From Octopus sinensis (Eukaryota): a DNA stretch of 64,000 nucleotides. A program made the translations under genes and the position numbers. Of this stretch, positions 1-12,226 are shown piece after piece (position 1 is the stretch's first letter; every line of letters begins with the position of its first letter). The stretch spans positions 86,552,001-86,616,000 of the forward strand of contig NC_043003.1 of assembly GCF_006345805.1 (NCBI RefSeq), given 5' to 3'. The notes under the pieces were generated by a model. It did not search any database and was not told where the DNA came from. It saw only the letters and a program-made list of their open reading frames with translations.

Positions 1-110
1 TCTGAGTTCAAATTTCACTTAGACTTTGCCTTTCATCCTCTCGGGGTCGAAGAAATCGACTATCATCTCCCTCCAAATTTTAGACCTTGTGCCTATAGCA
101 GAAAGGATTG
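1..110 (+). mobile_element. tRNA-headed SINE family B, 3' part (cut by window edge)
   Basis: GAGTTCAAATT B-box followed by GACTTTGCCTTTCATCC...GGGGTCGA, shared with many other copies in the window. Confidence 0.6.
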
Positions 111-291
111 CTGTTCTTTTCCCATATTTTTATTGGTCAATGGGAAGATATCGTTGGTTGCATTGGTCGTGTCATAGCTTGAAATTTATTTTATCGTCAT
201 GGTAATGATGAAAGAAAAAGTTGATACCCGTAAGATTTGAACTCAGGACATAAACTCAGCTCAATCAAACTTATTTCTAATATCAGTTTCT

Positions 292-477
292 AATTTTGGT
301 GCAAGGCCAGCAATTTGGGGGCTGTGTATCGATTCCGGTACTCAAATAGCACTTGTTTTATCGATACCGAAAGAATGAAAGGCAAAGTCGATCTCCACGG
401 AATTTTAAGTCAGAACGTAAAGACAGAAGAAATTAGGCTAAACATTTTGCCCGATGTGCTAACGATTCTATCAGCTC
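292..477 (-). mobile_element. SINE family B, diverged copy
   Basis: Matches the well-preserved copy at 26964-27171 (GAAAGGCAAAGTCGA, GTGCTAACGATTCT). Confidence 0.65.
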
Positions 478-509
478 TCTTCCCTGTACTGATTTCTAAT
501 ATCGATTTC

Positions 510-668
510 AAATTTTGGCACAAGGCCAGTAATTTCAGGGAGTGGTAAGTCGATTGCATTGATCCCAATACTTAACTGATACATATTTTATCGACACTGA
601 ATGAATGAAAGACAAAATCGATCCAGGCGTCGCCCGGTGTGCTAATGATTCTGCCACCTCACCGCCTT
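510..668 (-). mobile_element. SINE family B, internally deleted copy
   Basis: AAATTTTGGCACAAGGCCAG tail and GTGCTAATGATTCTGCCACCTCACCGCC head. Confidence 0.65.
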
Positions 669-1406
669 AATGCGTTCTAATATTGGTACATGAAAAGGTA
701 AAGTCGATTAAATTAAATAAACGCCATTACTTGGCTCGTATTTTAGTTTAGCGATATTAAAAGCATGGAAAGAAACTTGATCTCTGGAGTATTTGAACCA
801 AAAATTTACGTCCATTATAATCCACTGGGATAGATTTCTTGTTTCTGCTGTGCGAAGAACAGAATAGACATGTTGACATGATGCTGTGAATCTGGTTATT
901 TTTAGATACCAACTTCATTTGAAAATCATTCGATATAGAAACCAAACAATTCAACGAAGCTGAATATCTATTCCTACTCAATAAACTGTTTAATTTGTTC
1001 TAATTAGATAAGAACAAATTAACCTTCAGTTGGTTGCATGTTGTCAGCTATTCGGCGAAACATTCGATAAGGCTACACGTCAAAAATGATTGATTCATTG
1101 ATAGTATCGTGTTGGAGACGATGTCTGTAACTGCACAGAAAATGAAGAAGTTTCTTGAAGGCTATCGAGTATTTCATTCAACAAAATATTGACACAAAGT
1201 ATTCTTTTACTTGTTTCAGTCATTCAGCGGTGACCATGCTGGAGCACATCCTTGAAGGATCTCAGTACATCAAATCAAAACCACTACTTACGTTGTTAAA
1301 GTCCGACAGTTATTCTTGTGCTCTTTTGCCGAACTGCTTTTCTTGCGCTCTTTTGCCACCACCACTTTTCAGGGGTTGGGCGGACAAACACAAAGACACG
1401 CAAAGA

Positions 1407-1722
<316 letters not shown>

Positions 1723-2077
1723 TTCCTCGTAACTGTTCGACGAGCAGGAACGTGAAACTGAGTAACATTGGTGTGATAATTTTGAAGTTTTAATAAAAAG
1801 TGTGTGTGTGTGTGTTTACAAACATTCACAAGACGAATTTTCCCATTGGTCGCACGGGGACTAAAGAAAAGACACTTTCTCAAGTTAGTACGCAGTGCAA
1901 CTGAACTTGAAAGACAGTAGTGGCTGGGACGTTAACATATTAATCACTCAATCATTCCTGTGACTAGAGGAATTATTCTATAAAAAAGTGAGTTGAAAAT
2001 TGTTAACCAACTGTGCGGAAAGATGTATTTATATGCAGATGAAAGCGTGCATCATAATAATAATAATTCTTTCTACT

Positions 2078-2357
2078 TTAGGCACAAGGCCTGGAACTTT
2101 AGGATAGCAAGTTAGTCGATTTCATAGAACTAGTACCCCATCGAACCATAAGGGTTGAAAGACAAAATTTCAACTCAGAAGGATGAAATGACGCTAGGAA
2201 TCTAATGACACTAATGTTTTCAAATTTTGGCACACGGCCAGCAATTTCATGGAAGGCATAGTCGATTACATCAACCCAAGTATTCATTTGGTGGTTATGT
2301 GGTTATTTTTCTGAGCCCGAAATTATGAAAGGCAAAGTCAAATTTGGTGGACGTTGT
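2078..2357 (-). mobile_element. Two adjacent SINE family B remnants
   Basis: GGCACAAGGCC/GGCACACGGCCAGCAATTT tails and GAAAGGCAAAGTC core. Confidence 0.5.
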
Positions 2358-2363
2358 CACCGC

Positions 2364-2382
2364 AATAATAATAATAATGATA

Positions 2383-2444
<62 letters not shown>

Positions 2445-2457
2445 GTAATAATAATAC
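2364..2457. repeat. (AAT)n microsatellite
   Basis: Read directly. Confidence 0.95.
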
Positions 2458-2982
2458 GTGAAACCAACAAATTAAAAGACCAGGAAGCATTATGAAGGTG
2501 GCTTTACAAGGCTGATCTAAAGAAAGAATACTGAAATCCTAATCATCGCTGCCCAGGATCAGGCATTGAATACCAACTTAGTGAAAAAGAATATATACCA
2601 CACAAATGCAACGGACCTCTGCAGAATGTGTGGGAAGAGGTTCGAAAGCGTGACTCACATTGTTAGTGCTTGTGAAAATCTCGCGAAGAAAGAGTACAAG
2701 CGTAGACACGACAAGGTAGACCAAAACCTCCACTGGCTACTATGCCGCATGGATATGAGGCTACAGGTGCTTGGTACCTGTACATACACCGGTACATACA
2801 CCGGAAAAGGTAATGGACGAAAAGCGGAAGGTAAAAATCCTCTGGGACTTTTACTTGCAGACAGACAAGTTACTAGAGCACCGAAGGCCGGATTTATAGA
2901 CGCTAGGAGGGACAAATAAGAGTGTTTGATAATTGTTGAGGCAATGCCAGGAGACCGACATCATGAAAGAAAGAGAAAATCA
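2458..2982 (+). mobile_element. RLE-type non-LTR retrotransposon (R4/Dong-like), 3' fragment, disrupted
   Basis: Translates to EILIIAAQDQALNTN..CRMCGKRFESVTHIVSACENLAKKEYKRRHDKV (CCHC zinc knuckle plus RHD motif), then KILWDF-like RLE sequence in a shifted frame. Confidence 0.85.
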
Positions 2983-3106
2983 TCGACACCTTCACCCTAG
3001 GATGACAGGCAGAGTCGACTTCAGCGGAATTTGAACTCAAAACGCAAAGACGGATAAAATGCCGTTGTGTTGCCCGGCGTGCTAACGATTCTGCCAGCTC
3101 GCCGCC
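2983..3106 (-). mobile_element. SINE family B, 5' half
   Basis: Reverse complement reads GGCGGCGAGCTGGCAGAATCGTTAGCACGCCGGGC...GAGTTCAAATTCC. Confidence 0.8.
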
Positions 3107-3127
3107 TTAATAATACAAATACTAATT

Positions 3128-3153
3128 ATTGTAATAACAACAACAACAACAAC

Positions 3154-3190
<37 letters not shown>

Positions 3191-3266
3191 GAAGAAGAAG
3201 AAGAAGAAGAAGAAGAAGAAAAAGAACAAGAACAACAACAACAACAGCAACAACAACAATAACAAT
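3128..3266. repeat. Compound trinucleotide microsatellite (AAC)n(AAT)n(GAA)n(AAC)n
   Basis: Read directly. Confidence 0.9.
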
Positions 3267-3654
3267 ATTCGATTCTACTGTAGGTACAAGGCGTGAAATT
3301 TGGTGGGGGAAGTGATCCGTAAAAAAAAAGCTGGAAAGAAATTCAAACTGGAGAAATAAAATTGAGAAAGTGATTGAAATAATGAGAAGGGAAATATCCA
3401 TATTTAATTGACTAATCTGTAAAAATGATGTAAGATGAAGAGAAAAATATGGATTCTCACTGAAAGAACAGAAGAACTGAAACAAAAAGTCCAAATAAAC
3501 GTTCAAAGGATACGAAGTTTTGAGAAAAGGAACAACTTTTAAAAGTAAAATAAGCTGTTCACATCCAATGCGAAAACATTCTGCACAGAAATAGGGAAAG
3601 AAAAAATAACAGCTGAAGACCCTAACCCACCCGTCTCGCATGGAAGAATTTAAA

Positions 3655-4505
3655 AACTTATGGAAATACAGTCATGTTAGATGTTAACACATTTATAAAA
3701 TAACTTGTAAATACCAAAGAATAAAACGAAGGCACTGGCATTCAGCATGCAAGCATGAAAGAAAAGCTGAGGAAATAAGAGTTCGAGCAGTTCTGATATC
3801 TGAGCTAAATTCACGTTATAAGGTGTTAACCTTAAATTTCTTAGCAATTCCAGTTGCTAATTTTTATATGGCCTGTAGTAAACCAGAAGCACACACATTA
3901 GTGGCTACAGAGCTCAGAAGTGAAGGCAAAGGGCAAACTTTTATCTTAGCTGCTGACGGTCAAAGCTTATGGATCCGGAACTACCAAGCCAATGTGATGA
4001 AAAATGGATTAGATCCAAAGTGCCGATTCTACAATGATGAGATTAAACCAGTGGACCACCTGATCTTTAGAGGTAATGTTTTAACGCCAGTGGAGCATAA
4101 ATCAAGACATGACAGAGTTGGCCAATATCTACACTGTTGACAAGTGATATAAGCCCCACACTGAGGCTGTAACTGAAAGAGAGAAACGTAACGATTCTTT
4201 GGATCTTTCCAGTACATACTGACAGAACCATCAAAGCTAAAAAACTGGATATTTTTCTAAAAGATTGTTTTATCAGGTACGTCACACGCAGAAGAGCATT
4301 GAGAAGAGCATTGTCGCTGTCAGTACGATTACAACCCATGTAACTTTTTCCTTTTTCATTCTTTCTCCTTTTTCACTTTTTCTCTTTTTCACTTTTTCTT
4401 TTCTTCATTTGTTTCACATAACTTCATTTTGAAAATGAACAGTCTGGTGTGGTTATTTCAATGTCTTCTCAATATATATACAGTTAGTTTCTGTGCCCTG
4501 GGTGT
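3655..4505 (+). mobile_element. RLE-type LINE remnant with large internal deletions, same family as 17599-19150
   Basis: GGCATTCAGCATGCAAGC, GAGTTCGAGCAG and QSLWIRNYQANVMKNGLDPKCRF..PVDHLI..RHDRVGQYLH match the larger copy; shared 3' sequence at 4430-4505 and 19080-19150. Confidence 0.8.
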
Positions 4506-4814
4506 CGGAAAATACACTAATCAAAAACATAAACAAAACTGAAAGAAGAAAAACTCATAACACTAATAATATATGGAATGGATTTCAGACAGACTTGCGG
4601 CAAATATCTTCAAAGTAATTATTAACTTTTAGACTGTTTCTCACTTAGTCTTGAAAATGTTTGTGCTGTTTTATATTTTATATTTTTTTCCTACAATGAT
4701 TATATCTGATTAGACTTCACAGGATTTGGCACCGAAAATATTAGGTCCCATATTAACTGCACCAGATGCACTCAAAAGACAAAACAGCAGCAATGATAAT
4801 TATTATAACTGTTT

Positions 4815-5243
4815 CAAATGTTGGCACAAAGATCGCGATTTAAATGGGGAGCGAGTTAGTATATTACATTACCCTAATATTTGAGTGGCGCTTTATTTTA
4901 GCGAGCCCGAAAGGATAAAAATTAAAATCGACCACGACGGCATTTGAACTCACAACGTAGAAAGCCGGAAGAATTCCGTAATTTAGTTAGTCCGACACGC
5001 AAACCATTCTACCATTATTGTTAATTACCTCGGACTAATTAACAATAATAATAATTCCTCCTACTATAGGCACAAACATTGAAATTTGGATGAGGGACCA
5101 GTCGATTTCAACTGGTGCTTTATTCATCGACATTGAAAAGATTAAAGCAAAATCTGGCTCCAATTATATTTGAGCTAAGAACATAAAGGGTGAGAAGAAA
5201 TAACGCAAGGTATCTTCACCGATGCTCTAACGATTCTACCAAC
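4815..5243 (-). mobile_element. Two tandem diverged SINE family B copies (about 4815-5010 and 5060-5243)
   Basis: GGCACAAA tails, TTTGAACTCACAACG and GCTCTAACGATTCTACC motifs. Confidence 0.55.
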
Positions 5244-5265
5244 CCTAAAAATAAATAATTGTTTT

Positions 5266-5448
5266 CAACACACACACACATGCAGACACACACGCACGCA
5301 CGCACGCACACATACATACATGCATACATACATTCATATATACATACATACATACATACATACATTCATACATACGTACACATACATACATACACATACA
5401 TACATACACATACATACATACACATACATACATACATACATACATACT

Positions 5449-5483
<35 letters not shown>

Positions 5484-5500
5484 TTACATATATGCGTATA
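5266..5500. repeat. Compound (CA)n/(CACG)n/(TACA)n/(TA)n microsatellite
   Basis: Read directly. Confidence 0.9.
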
Positions 5501-5789
5501 TATACCTCAATTATAAGAATACGGATGCACAAATACACACAAACAGTACGTTTCAAGATTTCAATATGAAATAACGGAAATATATTGCCTGGGAAAAAAT
5601 CATATAGTGACTGTGACATTGCATCAGATATCTTGAAATAGATAGAGATAGAGAGCGGAAAACAATAAGTGTCAGCATGTGGTTGTAACAAGTTGTAAGG
5701 TGAGTGTTTTCTATTACTATATTACACTTATGGTATATCACATTTATGACACATTTGTGATATATATATGTGAGATTTTATGACATATA

Positions 5790-6848
5790 CAAGGCGCGAT
5801 GAGTAAATTGACGCCATTTTATATTATATATTTCGCGCATGCGCATGGTATGCTTTTGATTTTGTTGACTACGTAATATAGTAGAATCGGTTTGACACCT
5901 CTTGTGAGAAAAAAACAGCACCATGACGCAATTCACTCTGCCAGAAATTTGGAAACGACATACTTTACTGCTTGGCATCCGCGCCGGAAGCTCCAGCACG
6001 AACAGATGGTGAACACACAGTACAACTGTTGGCTTTCCGTGTCCCCAAAACATGTGGCGAGAGTGATGAAAATCAAACATCTAGCCAACATCGTTGTGTG
6101 TGGAGTGATCACTAGCGATGGTGATGTTACGGCTTTGAACAAGCTTCCCTTCCAACTGAACATGCTTTGGTTTTGCTCAGACGAGAAAAACTTCTGCCAA
6201 GATCAAATGGTGAACACAGAACAACCATTGGTTTGTCGTGTCCTCATATACTGAGAGTGATAAAAAAAATCAAAAATCATGGTGTTTGGAGTGATCACTA
6301 GTGATGGTAATTTTACGCTTCCATTCATCTTCCCACATAGCCTTAGACTCAACACGGAGGCCTATATCAAGTGCTTGGAGGATGTAGTGCTGCCCTGGGT
6401 CAAGAGGGTGGCTGCAGGAAGACCTATGTCTGCACCATGCCACACAAGCACGAGAACCTAGTCGTCGCTGTCAGACAATTTCTGCAACCATATCACCCAT
6501 AATATCTGGCCACCTAACTTCCCAGACTGCAACCCCCTTGATTATTATGTATAGGGTGCAGTTGAGCGAGAGACAAACAAAACTCCTTGTAACACCAAAG
6601 ATGAACTGAAGGCAAGGATTATTGCAGCATTCACCAACTTAAACAAGGAGACGGACCAGAAGAGTTGCAGAAAATTCCGAAGTCGTTTGGAGGCCGTGGT
6701 TGAAGCCAATGACGATTTTATTGAATACATTTACTCTTTAATATTTCAAGATATTTTTATGTAATTTTGGTAAATATATCTGTTAAAATGAGATGCGAGT
6801 GTTATCATGTTTGCGTAATTTAGACGACAAAATATTCACCGCACTCTG
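5790..6848 (+). mobile_element. Tc1/mariner element, maT (DD37D)-like, defective
   Basis: TA on both flanks; diverged TIRs (TACAAGGCGCGATGAGTAAATT vs rc TACAGAGTGCGGTGAATATTTT); transposase pieces MVFGVITSDG..NTEAYIKCLEDVVLPW, SAPCHT, WPPNFPDCNPLDYYV, FRSRLEAVVEANDDFIE. Confidence 0.85.
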
Positions 6849-6957
6849 TATATGTGAGATGCCTGCTCTTGGTCTGTCCTTTCTTTGTATTGAGTACTTT
6901 CCGGATAATACCTGCCGACCTAAGTAAAGCTTCTCCGCACTGCATCCACACTAAGAA

Positions 6958-7200
<243 letters not shown>

Positions 7201-7528
7201 TATAACTATTTACATATATGTCTATACTTCTATAAGTCTGCCTGTCAGTCAATTTATTTGCTTATCTACTTATTTGTCTGCTTATGTATTAATCTACCCG
7301 CTGTTTTACACATTTAACTGTATATACTCAATTACAATATTGGCAGGGAACAACTGAAAATTTATATTGAAATATAGACTTCACAAATACGTTGGCGATA
7401 CAAACATTGCCATATAACTTTATTAAAAGATTCATTTAATAAAACGGCATGTATGTATGTATGTATGTATATAGATCAACATAAACGTACTGCATCTGGT
7501 GGGAGATAAATATTGTTTAATGTACACA

Positions 7529-7586
<58 letters not shown>

Positions 7587-7596
7587 TATGTACATT

Positions 7597-7640
<44 letters not shown>

Positions 7641-7643
<3 letters not shown>

Positions 7644-7800
7644 TAGAGTTCACGAAAAAAACAAAGACGAAGACAGGTGGTGTACAAAACAAACAGATGT
7701 ATTAGTATAACGCTCAGGAATAGAAAAAGTCTTTTACGTTTCGGGCCTACGCTCTTCTACAGAAAGGGACACAGAAAAAAACAAGGAGAGAAAAAAAGTA
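7641..7800 (-). mobile_element. Short PLE-type repeat carrying a minimal hammerhead-like motif; related fragment at about 31450-31525 in opposite orientation
   Basis: Reverse complement reads CTTT-CTGTAGA-A-GAGCGTAGGCCC-GAAAC-GTA-AAAG; GCGTTA(T/A)ACTAATACATCTGTTTG is shared with about 31450-31480. Confidence 0.55.
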
Positions 7801-7835
7801 TATATATATATAGTTTCATACATTGAAGATATTAT

Positions 7836-8092
7836 CTAGGCACGTTTAGTGTCTCCCAGTAATCTGAAGGCTCTGGGATTTTGGCCTATACAAGTTACAA
7901 ATCAGTACAATAGAACAAAAGAAATCACGAGGAAGAATGAGATGATGATGATGGGTTCAAAAAGTGAAATGGTAAAAAAGGAAACGGAAAAAGAAAGGAA
8001 TTTATTTGTTCTATTGTCCTGATCCTCCTCACTTGTAACTTGGAAAGGCCATGTAGTCAGAGCCTGAAGTTTACTTGGAGTCAGTAGGCGTG
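7836..8092. repeat. Old imperfect fold-back (MITE-like) element
   Basis: About 7840-7920 is the diverged reverse complement of about 8002-8092 (AGGCTCTG, TGGCCT, CAAGTTACAA, CAATAGAACAAA). Confidence 0.55.
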
Positions 8093-8198
8093 TTTTAAAA
8101 CCCGCATTGATAACATCTTCAACGTATGAAACTAATCATAACTCGTAAGTATATTCTGTGTATATTAGTATTTATATATATATATAATATATAATATA

Positions 8199-8271
<73 letters not shown>

Positions 8272-8403
8272 GGTTGTGACAGTAGGGGGTTACACCACCG
8301 CTATTTAGCCCTAGGAAGTATTGACGCCTCCTGAATGCTTTGACACATTTTTCCTGTCTTTATATACATTTACGAAGGGGCGACAAACACCCCCAGCAGC
8401 CAG

Positions 8404-8466
8404 GCCTGCATCTAGAGACACGCATGTTTCAGGATCATTGTCTTTCATCGGTCCAGAGTAGCAGAC
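8404..8466 (-). ncRNA. Full-length type I hammerhead ribozyme motif, core CCGAUGA
   Basis: Stem I TCTGGA/TCTAGA extended after a TAC/T internal loop by GTCTGC/GCAGGC; core CCGATGA; stem II AAGA-CAATGA-TCCT; GAAA; stem III ACA-TGCG-TGT; GUC cleavage triplet at 8419-8417. Confidence 0.75.
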
Positions 8467-8984
8467 GCCCGTCAGCCGTTGATATCTGCCTCGATGCGCA
8501 AATGTATATATCTAAATTCAGTGAAGTTTATTCACTGATTACCAAAATCAGAAATATTAAATTTCTAAATCTCTCATAGATTGACAGATTGACACCACCG
8601 TACATATCTCTTGTCACTGTATCACGTGTTCTCACAAGCACATACACAAATGCACTCATACGTGCGCAAACACACACACACACACACACACACAAAACCA
8701 ACATACAAACACATATCATAATAGCATCAACACTGAAAACCTGAATTCATATAATAAAAAACGGAAACAAATAGTAGGCTTGTTTTGCAATGGCTGTACA
8801 TTTCCATGAAAAACGTTTACATTCCATCAATTAATTAATTAATTAATTATTCAGTTAATGATAAAAATAGGATTACAACATGTGAGTCTTCCGGATATAT
8901 GCATCACATTGACTTCAGTATATATATAAACAGAAGAAATTCCCTTTCAGAACCTCCTGAAACAAATACAAAATATATACACAC

Positions 8985-9019
<35 letters not shown>

Positions 9020-9044
9020 TATAGATAAATAGATAGATAGATAT

Positions 9045-9114
<70 letters not shown>

Positions 9115-9124
9115 CAGAGAGATC

Positions 9125-9215
<91 letters not shown>

Positions 9216-9247
9216 CAGAGAGATCAGATAGATAGATCAGAGAGATC

Positions 9248-9340
<93 letters not shown>

Positions 9341-9345
9341 TAGAT
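8985..9345. repeat. (AGAC)n/(AGAT)n tetranucleotide array with AGATC interruptions
   Basis: Read directly. Confidence 0.95.
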
Positions 9346-9700
9346 ACGTATGCATGTGTATATAAGTGTGTGTGTGTATGTGTGTGGGGGCAAATTAAAA
9401 TTAAAACTAAAAATCACAAATGGCAAAACAACAAAAGTTAAATGAGGTATTAGCTTGATGCTCAGTAAAGGTGGTAAAAAGAATAGGCGTATAATATTTC
9501 GAGTATAGCTCTCTAGCAGAAAATGAAAAAAGGAAAGGTCCGGAGAAGAAAAAAGTTCAAGCACGTGTGTGGTTACACGCCCGAAGTCGTGAGAGATAGA
9601 GAAAGTGGATTTTAAGGAAGGAGTGCGAAAAGGGCCGGTTTGTGCGTGTGTGTTTTTATTTATGTGAGTGATGTATGCACAAAGGTGAGGTGTCGAAGTG

Positions 9701-9737
<37 letters not shown>

Positions 9738-9827
9738 CATGAGAGATATTGAGCAGGTAGAGGAGTAAATGTAAGGACAAGAAAGTTAGGCAAGTCGATA
9801 TACAAAATAATATTATATACATTTAAT

Positions 9828-10320
9828 ATTAGTTTGTCCGGGAACTTCTGAGCGTATTTTTTAGCTAAATCTTTTAACGTTTCATTGAACACATCTGAAA
9901 CGCAACAGTTAAAATTTTGGCGTTGCTTCAAGTGGTCGTGCATTCCTTCTTTTTTCCTGACTAAAAATAGATGATCTTCCATTCCGGTTACCCTTTATTG
10001 GCATTTGAAATGGGTAACCAAAAATTTCATATTCGCATCGTAATGCATTTCTTTTCCATAAAAATGAGGAAATGCTGCAAAGACTTGTAGTGAATTAAAT
10101 TTTCAAAGATGATTTCCAAAATTTAAAGGTGGAGAGCTTAACTGGGAAGATGACAGTTGCAGTTTAAAACCTTCAAAACTGGATGAAGACGTTTTGAAGC
10201 CAAAATTCAAAGAAAACTCAAATATCGCGACTAGAGAAGCTAGAGAGTTGGAACTTTCTGAAAGCACGACTCATGAACGCCTAGTGATGCTAGAATATAT
10301 TTCCCGCTGTAATGTATGGG
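9828..10320 (+). mobile_element. Mariner transposon 5' fragment (HTH region), degenerate
   Basis: MGNQKFHIRIVMHF... and KPSKLDEDVLKPKFKENSNIATREARELELSESTTHERL..ISRCNVW resemble the Mos1-type N-terminus. Confidence 0.6.
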
Positions 10321-10737
10321 TTTATATATATTTATATATATGTATATCTATATATATGTATATACAAGTTCAGCAAAAAATTAGATTCAGACGAATATGA
10401 TACATAAGTCGAGGCACCAGAAATTAGTACGGTATTATCCATACAATTTCAAAATAAGGTACTTAAAATCAAAATAAGCAACAAAGATATCCAGAGGTAA
10501 TGCAGTACGATCGTTTCACGTAACTTCATTTAATTGAACAATGAAATCATTTCATCAATTTAAATGCGGAGCAATCCTCAGCTGCATAAAGACATAGAAT
10601 TTAATAAAATTAAAACAGATGTACACATTAGTATAATTTTACCTATAATCTCCAAGAAGGTAGGGAGATAGACAAAGAACATGCTGTCTTCTCTTCAGCT
10701 TAGAAGCTACAAATGTATCAGGAAGAAAGACTTGATT

Positions 10738-11512
10738 TTGCTTATCACTGTTTTATGGGGTCAGTTTTAATTTATATACTAGTTTATCAAATCTTTGTAT
10801 ATCTAAGGCCAAAAGAAGAAGGAGTAGTGCCTGCTAGGAAGAGAGCTGAGGAAGTCGACAGAAATCATAATGGGTATAGTCGTAAAAAACTATCAAGATT
10901 TATTTGAAGCAATATAATGAGATTTGGTAAAGGAAATCTTAAATTAAGTTGTTAGCTGACAATTAAAGTGGCAAGTCAATAGTAAACCATTGATAATGAA
11001 ACGGGAAGTTCTTATTTGGTACTAAAGTAAAATATTTTAAACAATATTGTCATACTGTATAAAGTTAAAATGTAGGATTATTAAGAATATTATAACAAAA
11101 GGATAAAAAGTTTTTTTTAAATACTTTTGAGTGTATACTAAACGTTTACAACAAAACAAGGAGGAAAAGAAATTATCTAGAAATAGTTTCATATTTATAC
11201 ATATTATATACTTAAATACTAACTTATCAGATGGCTCTGTGAAGATTGATCAATTGGTATTTACTGGTATTTAATAAAGGAGTACTGAAGTAAAAGATCA
11301 TGCTGACTATATATTAATTAAATTACAGATTTCCTTTACCAAATATCATTATAGCTTCAAAAAAATCTTGATAGTTTTTATGACTATACCCACTGCGATT
11401 TCTCAGCCCCTTTCCTAGCAGACACTACTTGTTCTTTTGGCCTTAGATATACAAAGATTTGATAAACTAGTCTATAAATTAAAACTGACCCCATAAAACA
11501 GTGACAACCAAA
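10738..11512. mobile_element. Fold-back / MITE-like element with about 210-bp imperfect inverted arms
   Basis: TCACTGTTTTATGGGGTCAGTTTTAATTTAT...CTAAGGCCAAAAGAA...GGGTATAGTCGTAAAAAACTATCAAGAT is mirrored at about 11300-11512. Confidence 0.75.
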
Positions 11513-11601
11513 TTGATTTCTTCGACTAAAGGCGGTGCTCCATCATGGCCGCAGTCACATGACTGAAACAAGTAAAGCAATAAAAGACTATGCTATTTCA
11601 A

Positions 11602-11630
11602 TCTCGAGCAACGCCGAGTATCTCTGCTAG
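11602..11630 (+). mobile_element. Isolated Helitron-type 3' end
   Basis: CTCGAGCAACGCCGAG hairpin then CTGCTAG|T; same motif as 49324-49350. Confidence 0.5.
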
Positions 11631-12195
11631 TATAAACTGGAAGCCGGGAGAATTTGAACCCAGAACTTAAGTAAAGGTCACAATATATTAGCCTTCGTAC
11701 TGGTTCTGTCAACTCACAGCACTTATTTACACAAAACAAAAAAAGTTACCTTGAAATACATTATCGATCTGTTTTCATATAGTCTAGTTTCCGTTTATTC
11801 GTCTAATGTATAAAAACTATTCTAAAAGTAATTCCAAATAAAACAGTTTTTTCGCGTTTGATTGATAATATGAAAATGAAACGCAATTTCGTAGAAAGAA
11901 TAAATCAATGAAGCACTGTAAATGATTCCCTTTTTTCTCATTAATATTACCTTTCAACTACTTGCTTAGAGCAACCTCTGATAATCAAAATCAATACATC
12001 AACAGCTTTTGTAGCCAATGTTAAAATGTGGCTATGGATATCGTTTTGGAACATGCTAGCGATGCAATTTTTGCTTCGGTTCGTTATGTTAATTTTGAGT
12101 TGCTTCATTCATAGTATTTTGGTAGCACAAACATTAAATGCTATTAAGATGGGGATTGATGAAATCAATGATGATAATAATAATAATAATAAGAA

Positions 12196-12226
<31 letters not shown>

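Noticed and set aside
8947-9822. 291-aa minus-strand ORF
   Set aside because: Mostly (ATCT)n and (CA)n translation with no domain motifs
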